64,000 nt of DNA, from assembly GCA_963829055.1 (NCBI GenBank), contig CAWHHI010000004.1:192001-256000 (forward strand), read 5' to 3'. Below the pieces are notes generated by a model. The model did not search any database. It was not told where the DNA came from and was given only the letters and a program-made list of their open reading frames with translations. Positions 33,231-45,628 of the stretch are shown here, one piece after another; within the stretch, counting starts at the first letter, position 1; every line of letters starts with the position of its first letter. The position numbers and the translations under genes are program-made. The stretch is from an uncultured Gemmatimonadaceae bacterium. GTDB taxonomy: Bacteria; Gemmatimonadota; Gemmatimonadetes; Gemmatimonadales; Gemmatimonadaceae.

Positions 33231-36200
33231 TCAGCGTCCTCCCCGGCCAGGCGTGCGCGCCGGACGTTCGGTTGACGGGTCGGTGTTGCCCGAGCCGCTG
33301 GCGGCGAGCACCGCCTGAATGAGCTGACTGCGCTGCCGCGCCATGTCGGCCCGCAGCGCCGCGTCCTCCTCGAGCGAGAAGTAGCGACGGCCGTCGACCC
33401 ACGTCTGCTCCGCCTTCGTGAACTGCGAGAGCGGGTTGCCGTTCCAGATCACGAAGTCGGCGTCCTTGCCCGCTTCGAGTGAGCCGACGCGGTCGTCGAT
33501 CGCGATCGCCTTGGCTGCCTGGTTCGTGACGGTGGAGAGCGCCTGAATCTCACCCACACCGGTGCGCAGCAGCTTGCCCGCCTCCCAGTTCATGCGCGTC
33601 GAGATCTCGGCGTTGTCCGAGTGGAGCGACGTCACGACACCCGCCTCCATCAGCATGCGCGCGTTGTAGTTCGTTGCGTCGTAGGCCTCCATCTTGAACG
33701 CGCCCCAGTCGCTCCACACGACCGCGGCGACGCCCGATTTCTTGAGCTCCGAGGCGATCTTGTACGCCTCGACGCCGTGCTGCAGCGTCTGCACGCGGAA
33801 GCCGAACTCCTCCGCCAGGCGCACGAGTGCGAGGAACTCGTCGGCGCGATAACCGTGCGACGACACGAGGAGCTTCTGGTCGAGGATGTCCGACCAGCGC
33901 TTCCATTCGCAGGTCGCGCCGCGGTGGGATCCCGGCTTTGGTGCGGTCGGCCTCCCAGCGCTTCCACACCGCCCGGTAGTCACGCGCGGCCATGAAATGG
34001 TCGCGAATGATTTCCTGCGTTCCCATGCGGGTGTCCGGATACCGATTCGGATTGCGCTTCGGGTTTTCGCCGAGCGCGAACTTCACCGTTCGTGGCGCGT
34101 TTGCGAGCTTCAGCTCGTCGGGGAGCGCGCCCCATCGAATCTTCACGTACACGTTCTCGCCACCGATCGGGTTGGCGGAGCCGTGTTTGATCATCGTCGT
34201 CGTTAGGCCGCCGGCGAGCTGGCGGTAGAACCAGATGTTGTTGTGCGTGAGCACGTCACCCATTTGCACTTCGGGAACGATCGCGAAGCCGCTCTCGTTC
34301 ACCGAGCTCACGCCCGAGTGCGTGTGTGGATCGATGAGGCCCGGGGTGACGTGTTTACCAGTAGCGTCGATGACCATGGCGCCGGCCGGCGCGGTAAGCC
34401 CCTTACCGACCTGCGCGACCTTGCCCGCGCGGAAGAGCACGTCGGTGTTCTCGAGGCGGCCCTGCGGTCCCTGCGTCCAGACGGTACCGTTGCGCACCAG
34501 TACGGCCGGCGGCTGCGTCGGCGGCGCGGCGCGTCCGAACTCCATCGCCGGCCGAATCGCCGGGAGCGTGAGATTCGGAACCTTCATGGCCACGGTGCCG
34601 CGCGCGGGGCCTTCGAACTGCTCGGTGCGCGTCCCGCGGTACGTGGCATCAGCGCCGTTTGGGAGCGACATCCATCCGAAGAAGTTCTCGCCCTGCGACC
34701 GAACCGGTGAGCGAGCACCCGGCCCTGATGGCCGAGCGGTTCACCGTCGAACGTCACCTCGAGGCGGCCGGTCTCCGTGATGATCCGCGCGGACGTGAGC
34801 TTGCATCGGTTTGCCGTTCGGGCGCCGAGATCGTGCCGCGGATCCGGTTGAGCGGCCCCTCGATGCGCAGGGTCGCGGGGAAGCCGTTCACATCGGCCGT
34901 CGCGATCGTCCACGTTCCGCGCGGATCGATCTGCGGCGGGCGCGTGACGCCATAACGCGTTCCCTGCACCCACACGTCTCGGACGCTGGCTTCTTCGGTG
35001 AAGAGGTTGCCGTCGGCGACCACGAGATTCGCGACCTTGCCCGCGGCGATCGTGCCGTGAGTCTTCTCGATTCCGAGCAAGGTGGCGGGCACCGTCGTCA
35101 GCGCCGCGAGCGCCTTGTCGGCAGCGAGCCCGCGTGCGACCGCGATGCGGAGGTTCGGGAGGAACTGCCCGATCGACGATAGGCCGTCCGTGGTGAGCGC
35201 GAAGGTGACTCCCGCACTCGCGAGCTGCGCAGGATTCGTCGGCGCCAGGTACCAGTGGCGGAGTGCCGCGAACGACGCATCCGAGCGCGGCTTCGGGCGT
35301 CGAGACGTCGGGTGCGTCGGGGAAGTTGAGCGGAACGATGAGCGGCTGCGTGCGACCGCGCAGCACATCGAGCAGACGATACTCCTGCCCGCTCCCGCGA
35401 AACCATGGTGTCAGTTTGTAATCGGTCGCGAGGCGGTACGCCCGCAGGTAGTCCTCCTCGCTCTCCGTCTGGAATATCACGGGCTGCCGCCCGCGCACGA
35501 CTTCGGCGAGTGCGTCGAGCGCCTCGCTGGTCTCCGGCGGGAGACCGGCGCGGCCGCCCTTCTCGTACGCGTCGCGTGCGCGGATGTACCAGTCCGCGTC
35601 CATGAAGGTCTGCTTCATCAGTGCGATGGTGCCCATCGAGGAGTTCGGGTAGACGCCGCCGAGCTGGAACGACTGTTGAAGCCGATCGCCTGTATGAGGT
35701 CTGACCTGAGCACCCGCTCACGCGCGCCGAGGTCGCCGAGGTTCACGACGGACGCCCGGCCGCGGAAGATGCCGTGTTTCGGCACGACGAGCGCGGTGCC
35801 GAAGCCGAGCGAGCGCAGCGCGGCTCGACGCGTGGTGTCGTCCTTCAGGCTCGCCGTGGTGCTGAACCACGCACGCACCTGCGGATTCCAGTGCGTCGGG
35901 CCGACATCGCCGCCCTGCGGTACCTCGCCGACGCCGAGATCTGCGTGCGCGTCGATGAAGCCGGGGTAGATGGTCTGGCCGGCGAGATTCCAAACGCGCG
36001 CGCCGGCGGGCGGCTGCACGTTCGCGCCGACGGCGGTGATGAGCCCGTCGCGGATGACGATGGTTGCGTTGGGAAGCACCTGACCGGGGCCGGTCACGAC
36101 GCGGGCGCCGACGAGCGCGTGGAAGCCTGTGCCGTTGTTGCGGAGTCCTGTGACGGGCTCGGTGCGGGAGGTCTGTTGGGCGTCGAGGGTGTTGGCGGCT

Positions 36201-36238
36201 ACGAGAGCGACGCCAACGAGGAGGCGGATACGCGTCAA
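33231..36238 (-). CDS. Large two-domain amidohydrolase-family protein (frameshifted)
   Basis: IYPGFIDAH, GTIAAGKVANLVV, PGLIDPHTH, KFALGENPK, HGVEAYK, GSLEAGKDADFVIW. Confidence 0.85.
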
Positions 36239-36494
36239 AGGCAGACTCCGTGGGAAGGTCGAGCCGACGTAAGATGTGGCGCGGGCAGCGGGTCGTTGAA
36301 GGCGCCGGCCGTCCGGAAACTGTAGGCTGACGGTTGCCGGCCGCTAGGACCGTTCGACCAGGCGGGTAGCGCCGCGCTTTCGGATCTCGCAGCCGTTCGT
36401 GCGGCGCGCGAGGGGACGGGGTGATGGGTCACTGCACCATGCCCGCGGTACTGCACGGGCGTAGGGTGTGGCTCCCGCAACCCTGGTGCGTGCA

Positions 36495-37056
36495 ATGCCG
36501 CGGTCCCGTCCTGTCCTCACGCTCGTCCCCGCTTCCTCCGACCGCCGAACCGCCGAGCGCCTAACGGTAGCCCCGACGGCGCTGCTCGCTACGTTCGCGG
36601 CGATCGCGCTTCTCACGTTAGGCACGACCGCTGCCGAGGCGCAGGCCGCCGCCGCGACCGACACGCCGCTGCACCTGGCGGAGAGCCGCTTCGATTTCGT
36701 CGCGTCGGGCGACACGCCGCCGCCCGCGAAGCCGCTCCGCGTTCACAACGGCGGCACGGCGCGGTTCACCGACGTGCGACTGACGCGGCTCACGTACGCG
36801 GACTCGGCGCGCGGTGCCGCGTGGCTCGTCGCGCTGCCGCGTCAGTCTGCCGTCGCGCCTAACGAGCTCGCGACGGTCGGCACGCTCTGTGTCGACGCGA
36901 CCGGGCTGCCGGCCGGCACCTACCGCGCGACGGCCGCCGTCGCTGCGCGCGAGGTCCCGGAGCCGGTCGCGATCACGATCACGTCTCGTCGTGAAGGACG
37001 CCGGCGCTGGCGCGGGCCACGCGGCCGGGCGCTGCGGAACGGCCGCCACGAAGTAG
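36495..37056 (+). CDS. Hypothetical exported protein (beta-rich, BACON-like); frameshift near 36985
   Basis: Signal-like segment, then GLPAGTYRAT; ends in frame of ORF 36814..37056. Confidence 0.5.
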
Positions 37057-37190
37057 TCCGGGCACGCGTGACGCGAGCAATCGGCGATGAATCGGACGCG
37101 CGCGCCGCCTCGGGAAGTGGCGGTCCATCGAGTACCCCTACGCGCCTAACGCCGGTCGTCTCGGCAGATTGGGCGCTCGCGATCAACTAC

Positions 37191-37880
37191 ATGACACGGA
37201 GACTGAACATGTCGAAGGTATCTGTTACGAGCCTCATCGTCCTCTGCGCCGCGCTGGCGGCGTGCTCCGACAGCGCCACGACCCGCACGGTGACTGCGCC
37301 GGACGCGCGGCCGGAGTTCAGCGAAGCGCTGGCCGACGTCCGCGTCGGGTTCACGCCGGACGGGCCGTTCGAGCTCGCCCTTCCGTCCGACGACGCGTCT
37401 ACGCAGATGGCCGCATCGGCGCAGGCCGCGAGCGGCAGTCGCGCATCCGGTCACGTCGGGTTTCCCAGCGGCTGGCCGGGCACGACGATCGCGTTCGAGA
37501 AGTATTCCTTCGTGGCGCTGAGCACGGACCCCGCCACGCCATTCGCGACGAAGGGGCAGTACGATTTGTCGCTGGCGACCACGGCGGGGAACACGCTGGA
37601 TGTCCACGGCGACGTGACCTGCATGTTCACGTTCGGTAACACGACGCGGGTCGGCGGGCAGATCACGAAGTTCCTGCGCGACGGCGTGCCGGCGCCGATC
37701 CTTCCGACGGGCACGCACAACATCTGGGTCGTGGTCGACAACGGCGAGGGCGCGGCAACGCCGGACCAGGTGTCGCTGATGCGCTTCGGGAACGCGGCGG
37801 CCGCGCAGACCTATTGCGCCACGGGCTTCCTCTCCTTCGTGTCCGCCAATCAGGAAGGCAACGTTCAGGTACAGCCCTGA
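37191..37880 (+). CDS. Hypothetical lipoprotein
   Basis: Lipobox LAACSD; VVDNGEG...PDQVS. Confidence 0.7.
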   Translation: MTRRLNMSKVSVTSLIVLCAALAACSDSATTRTVTAPDARPEFSEALADVRVGFTPDGPFELALPSDDASTQMAASAQAASGSRASGHVGFPSGWPGTTIAFEKYSFVALSTDPATPFATKGQYDLSLATTAGNTLDVHGDVTCMFTFGNTTRVGGQITKFLRDGVPAPILPTGTHNIWVVVDNGEGAATPDQVSLMRFGNAAAAQTYCATGFLSFVSANQEGNVQVQP

Positions 37881-37952
37881 GCCCGCGTCAGGGCTGACGA
37901 GCCGCGTGGCGGCGGCTCTCTTCGCCGCCGCGCAGTTCGTGGGTCGCTCCCT

Positions 37953-40452
37953 CTATTCCGCCCGCAGTGCCTCCGTCGGCTGAATGCCGAGCGCCTTTCT
38001 GGTCGGCACAACGCACGCAAGCAGGCACACGCCGAGCATCAGCGCCGCATAACTGATCAGCGTGGCGAGCTGCGAGATGGACAAACCACCGGCGAGCGTA
38101 TGCATGCCCATGTCGGTATCGGGCTGATGGTTCCTCACGACGATGCTCCCGAGGCCCACCAGGAACGACCCGACCAGGATGCCGATGCTGACCTGCGTCA
38201 GCGGACGCTTGAAGATCGTCGTGACGATTCGCCGCGGCGTCGCGCCCACCGCCACGCGCACGCCGATCTCCCGCGTACGCTTCGAGACGATGAACGACAG
38301 CACCGCATAGATCCCCGCGAGCGACAGCAGCACCGCGATGCCCGTCAGGACCATCGTGATCTTTTGCCAGAGGTGAAATGAACCAGACCATCGGGTCCGC
38401 CATCCTGTCCATGCGCGTGATCTCATTCAGTCGGATGGTCGGATCCACCGACTCGGCGATCGCGCGCAGCCGCGCCGTGAGCGTCAACGGATCTCCCGAC
38501 GCGTGGATCATCATGAACGGAGAGCCCATCATCTCCGGCGTCGCCGGCTTGTAGATGCCGGCCGGCGGGCTGCGCTCGATCGGCGAGACCATGCCGAGGT
38601 CCTTCACGACACCGACGATCTCCCACCACGACGAATCGGCCCGGCCGATCTGGATCTGACGTCCGAGCGGATTCATGCCGCCCAGCACGTGTTTCACGAA
38701 TCCAAGGTCGACGATGACGTTGCGCGCGCCGGGAACGAGGTCGCCGCTGTGGAAGCCGCGTCCGGACAGGATCGGAGCGCCAAGCACGCTGAAGTAGTTC
38801 GGCTCCGCGCGCGCGATGCCCACGACCCGGAGACCCTTCGGAAGCTGTGCCGAATCCGCGAGCTGGATGCGGGCGCCGTCATGCGACGTGCCCGGTGGCT
38901 CGGTCACGAATGCCACGCCGCGCACGCCGGGCTCGCTGGCGATACGCTGTCGCAGGGTCTCGAGCATCGCGCCTTCGCGCACGCGCCACGCTTCGCGCGC
39001 CGCGCTCGTCGTGTCGAGCGGTGCGTCCGTCTCCACGTTGACGGTGAGGTATTCCGTCGGCCGGAATCCGAAGTCGTATGACTCGATCCGCGACAACTCG
39101 TTCTGCTCGAGCGCCACGATCGCGGGCAGCAGGACGGTCGCCGCGACCTGCGCGACGATGACGAACGTCCACACGCCGCTGAAGCGCAGGCCGCCGCCGG
39201 TGGTGCCCTGGCGGAGCTTCGACGAGATGCTGCGCGTCACCTTGAGCGCTGGAAGCACGCCGGCGATCACCGCGCCGAAGACCGTCAGGCCGAGCGCATA
39301 CAGCACCGTCGTCGGCGACAGCTGAGGGTCGAACCAGAACGGCAGCGTGTCGTAGTTGATCTCGAGGTAGTGCCTGGCGTACACGCGCAGCGTGATGTCC
39401 GCGGCGCCGAGTCCGATAGCGGCGGCAACTCCACCCAACACGAGCGCTTCGGCAAAGAGCTGCATCACGAGACGCCCGCGGCTCGCGCCTAACGCGCTAC
39501 GCACCGTCAGCTCCGTCTCGCGCGTGGCAGCGCGCGCGAAGAGGAGGAGCGCGACGTTGCCGCAAACCAGCACGAGCAGCGCCATGACCATGCCGTTCAT
39601 CGCAACGGTCATTGCCAGTGTGTCCGGGGACGGGTCGTCGTCGGCGACGTAGGAGATGACGCGCGGCCTGAGGTGCTCGTGCGTCTGCGCGAATTGCGTG
39701 GCCATGCGACGGCCGATCACGTCCAGCTCGGCCTGTGCCTTCTCGTACGATGCGCCGTCGGCCAGTCGGCCAAAGACGGTAATGGAGACTCCGCCGCGAG
39801 GGGTGCGATCGAGCTCGTCGACGCGCAGCGGCATCCACACCTCGTGCGCGATCGGGAAAGCGTATCCCTCATCCATCACGCCAACGACGGTGGCGAAGGA
39901 GTCGCCGATCTTGACCGACTTGCCGAGGATCGCGGGATCGCTGCCGAAGCGGTCCTTCCAGACTTCGTAGCCGATGACGGCGACGGGAGGAGCGCCGGCG
40001 CGCTCGTCGCCTGTGTTGAGCGTGCGACCCATCAGTGCCTTCGCCGACGACACCGCGAAGCCCGATGCAGTCATCTCGGCGATCTTCACCTCGCGGGTCT
40101 GGCCGCCCGGCACCACGAGGTTCCGCGCGACGTCACGGAACGCGCCGAGGTCCTTGACGGAGCGGAGCTCGCTCGCGCCAGACGAGGAACTCGTGAACCA
40201 ATCGCTTCTCGGGAACACTCTCCTTCGTGTCCCAGTTGAAGAGCTGGACGATGCGGTCGCCGTCGGGAAGAGGCAGCTTCGGGTTCACGACGAGCCCGTA
40301 CATCACGAAGGTCACCGTGCCGAACCAGAGGGCGAAGGCCATCGCGATGCCGCCGACGAGCGTGATGACCGGGTATTTGGCGAGCAGCCGGCCGCCGAGC
40401 TTCATGTCGAGGGGAAACCGCTTGCCCAGGAGAGTCGCGCGGGTAGAAGCAT
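37953..40452 (-). CDS. ADOP/MacB-like duplicated permease (frameshifted)
   Basis: DMKLGGRLLAKYP, VVGVMDEGYAFP, ETELTVRSALGASRGR, REIGVRVAVGA, PTEALRAE. Confidence 0.85.
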
Positions 40453-40526
40453 TGACCGAGGTGTGGAGGTATGCGTGCCGTAACGCAACGTCGGCGTTAG
40501 GGTTTCCCGGCGACAGCCTCGATTCG

Positions 40527-40557
40527 CCGAACGGCACATCGAGGGGGTCGAACGGCA
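40527..40557 (-). promoter_or_regulatory. Putative LytTR direct repeat upstream of permease
   Basis: GAACGGCA at 40529 and 40550 (21-nt period) in the spacer between permease and divergent lytS-lytR. Confidence 0.45.
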
Positions 40558-40698
40558 GACCGGTCGGGTCCGCGCGGCGCTTATCATGAACGGGTGAACT
40601 CCTGATCCATCTGTCACTCGCCATGCCGAGGGTTTCTGCTTTTCGCCCTTCAGGCCCGCCGTAGCAGGCCTACCTGGGTCCCCGGCGAGCTCGAATCG

Positions 40699-41607
40699 AT
40701 GATCGTGCACCTGGTGGTCGGCTGCGCCGTTGCGGTCGCCGTGTTTCGGCTCGTGCCTCGTGTGCCGTGGCCTCGACCGATCGGCTGGCGCTTCGTCGCC
40801 TTTCATATCGTTGCGGCGCCAGCGGCAGCAGCCGTGTGGATCTTCGCGTCGGCGTTGTTCGAGCCGCTGGTCGGCGGGCGCTCAGAGGTCGGCTTCGCCC
40901 GGCGGTTCCAGGAGATGATGGTGATCGGCTGCTTTTTCTACGTCCTCATCGCCGGCCTCTCCTATTCGGCTCACGGGGCGCGCCGCGCCGCACAGGCGGA
41001 AGCCATCGCCGCGCGAACGCAGCTCGCCACGCTGCGTTCGCAGCTGCAGCCGCACTTTCTCTTCAACGCGCTGCACACCATCGTGCAGCTGATTCATATC
41101 GAGCCGCGCCGGGCCACCGAGGCGGCTGAGCTGGTCGCCGATCTCCTTCGGCGAACGCTCGAGGAGCAGAGAGACGAAGTCCCGCTCGGCGATGAATGGC
41201 GCTTCGTGTCACGCTATCTCGCGGTCGAGCAGATGCGCTTCGGAGAACGCCTCGTGGTGACTACGGATCTGCCGCCGGACCTGGAGTCTGAACGCGTTCC
41301 ATCGTTCGCGCTGCAGACCCTCGTCGAGAATGCCGTACAGCATGGAGCCGCGCCGCGCGTCGCGCCGACGGAGATCGCGATCACCGGAACTCGGAGCAAC
41401 TCGGAACTCGTGATTTCGGTGCGCAACAGCTCTGACGGCGAGGCGCCGCGAACCAACGGCAACGGAACGGGCACCGGGCTCGCGCGGCTGCGCGAGCGCT
41501 TATCGGTGCTGTATGGCGACGCGGCCACACTCGTCTCACACCCGACCGCGTCCGGCGGCTACGAGGCCGTGCTGACGATCCCGCAGAAGCGACTGACCGA
41601 CGCGTGA
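40699..41607 (+). CDS. LytS/YehU-type sensor histidine kinase (true start may be upstream)
   Basis: LRSQLQPHFLFNALHTI, EQMRFGERL, LQTLVENAVQHG, GTGLARLRERL. Confidence 0.9.
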   Translation: MIVHLVVGCAVAVAVFRLVPRVPWPRPIGWRFVAFHIVAAPAAAAVWIFASALFEPLVGGRSEVGFARRFQEMMVIGCFFYVLIAGLSYSAHGARRAAQAEAIAARTQLATLRSQLQPHFLFNALHTIVQLIHIEPRRATEAAELVADLLRRTLEEQRDEVPLGDEWRFVSRYLAVEQMRFGERLVVTTDLPPDLESERVPSFALQTLVENAVQHGAAPRVAPTEIAITGTRSNSELVISVRNSSDGEAPRTNGNGTGTGLARLRERLSVLYGDAATLVSHPTASGGYEAVLTIPQKRLTDA

Positions 41608-42341
41608 AGGTCACAGTCCTCGTCGTTGACGACGAGCCGATCGCCCGTGCCGGCCTCAAAGCCGCGCTATCCGGCTTCGACTGGATCGAAGTCGTCGGCG
41701 AGGCGGCGGACGGCCAATCGGCGGTGCAGGCGATCGACACGCTGAAGCCTGAGCTGGTATTTCTCGACGTGCAGATGCCCGGGCTGCTCGGCACCGACGT
41801 GCTTCGCCACATCGATCACCGACCATTCGTCATTTTCACGACGGCGTACTCGCAGCACGCCGTGACCGCCTTCGAGCTCGGCGCCGTGGATTATCTCGTG
41901 AAGCCATTTGGCCCGGCGCGCCTTGCCGCGGCGATGGAGCGCGTGCGTGGCGCCATCGGTCAGCCATCATCCGTCGATGCCATCGAACGATTGAGCGGCG
42001 CACTTGGCGGCGGTCCGATCACGCGGTTGTTCGTGCGCGTCGGGAATGCGATCGTCCCGGTGCCGCTCGATCGAGTGTCATGGCTCGAGGCAGACGGGGA
42101 CTACGTGGTTGCGCATGTCGGCGGCAGTCGGCACCTGCTTCACCTGTCGCTCAGCAGCCTCGTCACGCGTCTCGATCCCAGGCGCTTTGCCCAGGTTCAT
42201 CGCGCGCACGTCGTGAACCTCGACCACGTCCGCGCATTCAAGCGCGATGGGCGCGGCAATCTCGAGGCGGAGCTCAATGACGGGACGCGCGTGCCAGTCA
42301 GCCGCGCGCGCGCGCAGGAGTTGCGAAGCCTGGGCCGGTAA
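41604..42341 (+). CDS. LytTR-family response regulator
   Basis: VVDDEPIAR, FLDVQMP, DYLVKPF, FAQVHRAHVVN, VPVSR. Confidence 0.93.
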   Translation: MKVTVLVVDDEPIARAGLKAALSGFDWIEVVGEAADGQSAVQAIDTLKPELVFLDVQMPGLLGTDVLRHIDHRPFVIFTTAYSQHAVTAFELGAVDYLVKPFGPARLAAAMERVRGAIGQPSSVDAIERLSGALGGGPITRLFVRVGNAIVPVPLDRVSWLEADGDYVVAHVGGSRHLLHLSLSSLVTRLDPRRFAQVHRAHVVNLDHVRAFKRDGRGNLEAELNDGTRVPVSRARAQELRSLGR

Positions 42342-42362
42342 GCTCCTGCTTCGCGTCCTCCG

Positions 42363-45080
42363 TCATTCCGCCCTCAGTGCCTCCGTCGGCTGCACCCGCA
42401 GTGCGCGGACGCTAGGCACGACGCAGGCGAGGGTGCAGACACCAAGCATCAGGATCGCGTAGCCACTGAGGAGCGCGATCTCGCCTAACGTCAGCCCCCG
42501 AGGCTGGGCCGCGCGGAACTGCTCCGTGTGCTGAATGCCGATCGCTGCCACAGAGATCAAGACGACACCGGCCATCACGCCCAGGGTGACCTGGGTCAGC
42601 GGGCGTCTGAAGATCGACGTGATCACTCGACGCGCGCTCGCGCCCAGTGCGACACGCACTCCGATCTCCCGTGTACGGCGAGCGACGATGTACGACAGCA
42701 CCGCGTAGATGCCGGCCAGCGAGAGCAGAAGGGCGACTCCCGTCAGGCCGATGATGATCCTCGACCACAGGCCGCAGGAGCCAGAGCAGCGGCGTCATCA
42801 CCTGGTCGACGCGCATCAGCTTCTCGACCCGGAGTGCCGCGTCCACCGCCGTCGTCAGCTCGCGGACGCGCGGCGCGAGCGACAGCGCGTCGCCGCGAGC
42901 GTGCACGATCATGTTGACGTCGCCCTGGCTTCCCGGAACGGTTGGCAGGTACAGGCCGGCCTGCCGTTGCGGCATCGCGGCGCTCGCCATGCCGAGGTCC
43001 TTCACGACGCCGACGATCTCGTACCACGGCAACTGGGCCGCGTTCGAGTCGAGCTGCGCGCTCGAGCCGATGCGCACGCGATGACCGATCGGATTCCGTC
43101 CGGACATCACGAGGTCCACGAAGGCCTGATCGACGATCACGACGCGAGCGTCCGGAGAGAGATCGGAGCTGGTGAACGCGCGACCCGCGAGCACCGGCGC
43201 CCGCAGCACGTCGAAATAGGAAGGATGGATCGATGCGGTCGCCACGACCGAGCGCACGCTTCTCCGGCAGCGACACCACTTCCACGCGCTGATAGTCGTG
43301 ATCGCCTCCCGGCAACCGGTCGACGAATGTCACGCCGGCGACGCCCGGCTCCGCTTCCATCCGGCTGCGCAGCGCCTCGAGCGAGGTGGTGATCCGCGCG
43401 CCTAACGCGGCGCGGGTCTCGGGTGTCAGCGTCTCTTCCGCCGCACCGTCGACGCCGAGGGTCACGCCAAGGTATTCATGCGTTGGAAAGCCGGCGTCGT
43501 ACGACTCGACGCGTTTACTCTCACTGCGCAGGAGCATGACGACCGCCGGCAACGCGACGGTGAGCGCGACCTGCGTGACGATGACCGCCGTCCAGACACC
43601 GCCGAAGCTCACGCCACCGCCGCCGGCGGTTCCCGCGCGGAGTCGCGTCCCGAGTCCGCGGGTGATTTTCCGCGCCGGCATTACCCCCGCCACCACCGCG
43701 CCGATCACCGCGAGCGCGAGCGCGGAGATGATGGCCTTCGGCGACAGATTGAAGTCGAACCAGAAGGGAACACTCGCGGTGTCGAACGCCATCTCGAAGG
43801 TACGGCTTACCCAAGCGGGTCAGTGCCAGCTGGGCCGTCACCAGTCCGACCACCGCCGCAGCGCCGGCGAGCACCAGCGCCTCGGCGAAGAGCTGCGTCA
43901 CGATGCGCCGGCGGCTCGCGCCCAGGGCGCTGCGGACGAGAATCTCAGTCTCCCGCGACGCGGCACGCGCGAACAGGAGCAGCGCCACGGTGCTGCACAC
44001 CACCAGCACGAGCGCGACGACGAAGAAGTAGCTCAGCGCCTTCATCGCCGTCACTTCGCCGTTGTCGACCGACAATTGCGCGTACGGGAGTACGTGCGGC
44101 TGGAGCTGCGCGTGCGTCGTCGGGTGTTCCGCGGCGAGGCGCTTGCCGAAGGCCGTCAGCTCCGCCTGCGCGTTCTCGAGGGACATTCCGCTCGCGAGGC
44201 GGCCGAAGACCTTTATGGCGGTGCCGCGCCGCGGTTCCTCGCGAGCGGCGTTCGTACGCAGCGGTAGCCACAGCTCGTGCGCCACGGGGAACGCATAGCC
44301 TTCCGGCATCACACCGACGACCGTCGCGAAGCTGTTTCCGAGCTTGACGCTGCGTCCGACGATCTGCGGATCACGATCGAAGCGATTCGTCCACACCCCG
44401 TGGCCAAGCAGCACCACGGGCGCCGCACCCGCGGCTTCGTCCGACTCGTCGAGGACGCGGCCGAGCAGCGGACGCTGAGGGGCGATGCGAAATGCGGAGG
44501 CGGTGATCTCCGCTGCCTCCTCGGGCCGCGCACCGCCGTCGGCGCCCACCAGGTTGACGCTCGCGTCGCGATACGCGCCGAGGTCCGTGATCGACCGCGC
44601 GGAGCGCCAGAGCTCGTAGTCGTACAGCACGCGATCCTCGTCCTGGAGCGTCTTCGCATCCCAGTTCTGGATCCTCACGATGCGATCGCCGTCGGGGAGC
44701 GGCAGCTTGGTGCTCGTCAGGAGGCCGACCATCTGGAAGGTGACAGCGCCGAACCAGATACCGAACGCCATCGCAAGGCCACCGATGAGCGTGAGGCCGG
44801 GATACTTGACGAGCATTCGGAAGCCCAGCTTCAGGTCGAGCGACAAGCCGCTGAACCAGGCGGTGCCGCGGCCCTCGCGGAGTGTCTCGCGATGCTGCTG
44901 CACGCCGCCGAAGGTCGCCAGTGCGCGCCGCCTCGCTTCGTCGGGATCGAGCTGCTGCTCGCGCACGAGCCGCTGCGTCTCCATCTCGATGTGGAAGCGG
45001 ATCTCGTCGTCGATCCTGGACTCGGCGGCGCGTGGCGCGAGGAGGCGCAGGCGCGCGCGGGCGGCGTGGAACCACGTCAT
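42363..45080 (-). CDS. ADOP/MacB-like duplicated permease (frameshifted)
   Basis: IDDEIRFHIEM...EARRRALATFGG N-domain; LDLKLGFRMLVKYPG; PTEALRAE; paralog of 37953..40452. Confidence 0.87.
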
Positions 45081-45127
45081 GGAATGCTCCGGGAATGAAG
45101 AGCGCGCGGCGCGGACGCCGCCCGCGG

Positions 45128-45463
45128 TCACGAAACGTTCAGTACGGCCTCGAGGCCAGCCGCGAAACGACGCCAGTTTTCGAGCTCGTCGCCGAGCGCG
45201 CGCTGTCCGGTGGCGGTAAGTCGGTAGTACCGGGCGCGACGGTTGTTATCGGTCGTGTCCCAGTCGCTGGTCACGAGACCCGCTTTCTCGAGGCGCTGCA
45301 GTGCCGGATACAGCGACCCCTGATTCACCTCCAGCACGCCCTTGGAGATCTGCTGCACGCGCTGGCTGATCCCCCACCCGTGCATGGGGGCGAGGGAAAG
45401 CGTTTTCAGGATCAGCAGGTCCAGCGAGCCCCGCAGGGCGTCCGTCTGTGGCCGTGGCGGCAT
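45128..45463 (-). CDS. PadR-family transcriptional regulator
   Basis: GSLDLLILKTLSLAPMHGWG, QGSLYPALQRLE, NRRARYYRLT. Confidence 0.93.
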   Translation of the reverse strand: MPPRPQTDALRGSLDLLILKTLSLAPMHGWGISQRVQQISKGVLEVNQGSLYPALQRLEKAGLVTSDWDTTDNNRRARYYRLTATGQRALGDELENWRRFAAGLEAVLNVS

Positions 45464-45479
45464 GTGAGCTCCGGACAGT

Positions 45480-45536
45480 TTCTGTAGCTGTCGACAGAAC
45501 ACCTTATCAGCGTGTTCCTGTCGCTGTCAAGAGGAA
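45480..45536. promoter_or_regulatory. Two putative PadR operator palindromes
   Basis: TTCTGT-AGCTGTCG-ACAGAA (45480-45499) and TTCCT-GTCGCTGTCAAG-AGGAA (45515-45536) upstream of padR. Confidence 0.55.
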
Positions 45537-45628
45537 CGGTGCTCGGCGCCGCGAAGGCTCGGTGGGCAATACGACCGTTGCTGTGCAAACAAAGCCGCAA
45601 CGATGCTGCTGTTACCTAACGGTTCGTG

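Noticed and set aside
36559..36623. GCCTAAC...GTTAGGC pair 65 bp apart as an integron attC site
   Set aside because: Interior is not palindromic, it lies in a coding region, no integron integrase is present, and the motif is abundant everywhere
37068..37105. AATCGGCGATGAATCGG as a fourth LytTR cassette
   Set aside because: Partial similarity only; 20-nt period and flanks missing
36468..37880. Single 470-aa ORF
   Set aside because: Contains an internal lipoprotein signal near 37209; better read as two genes joined by an indel
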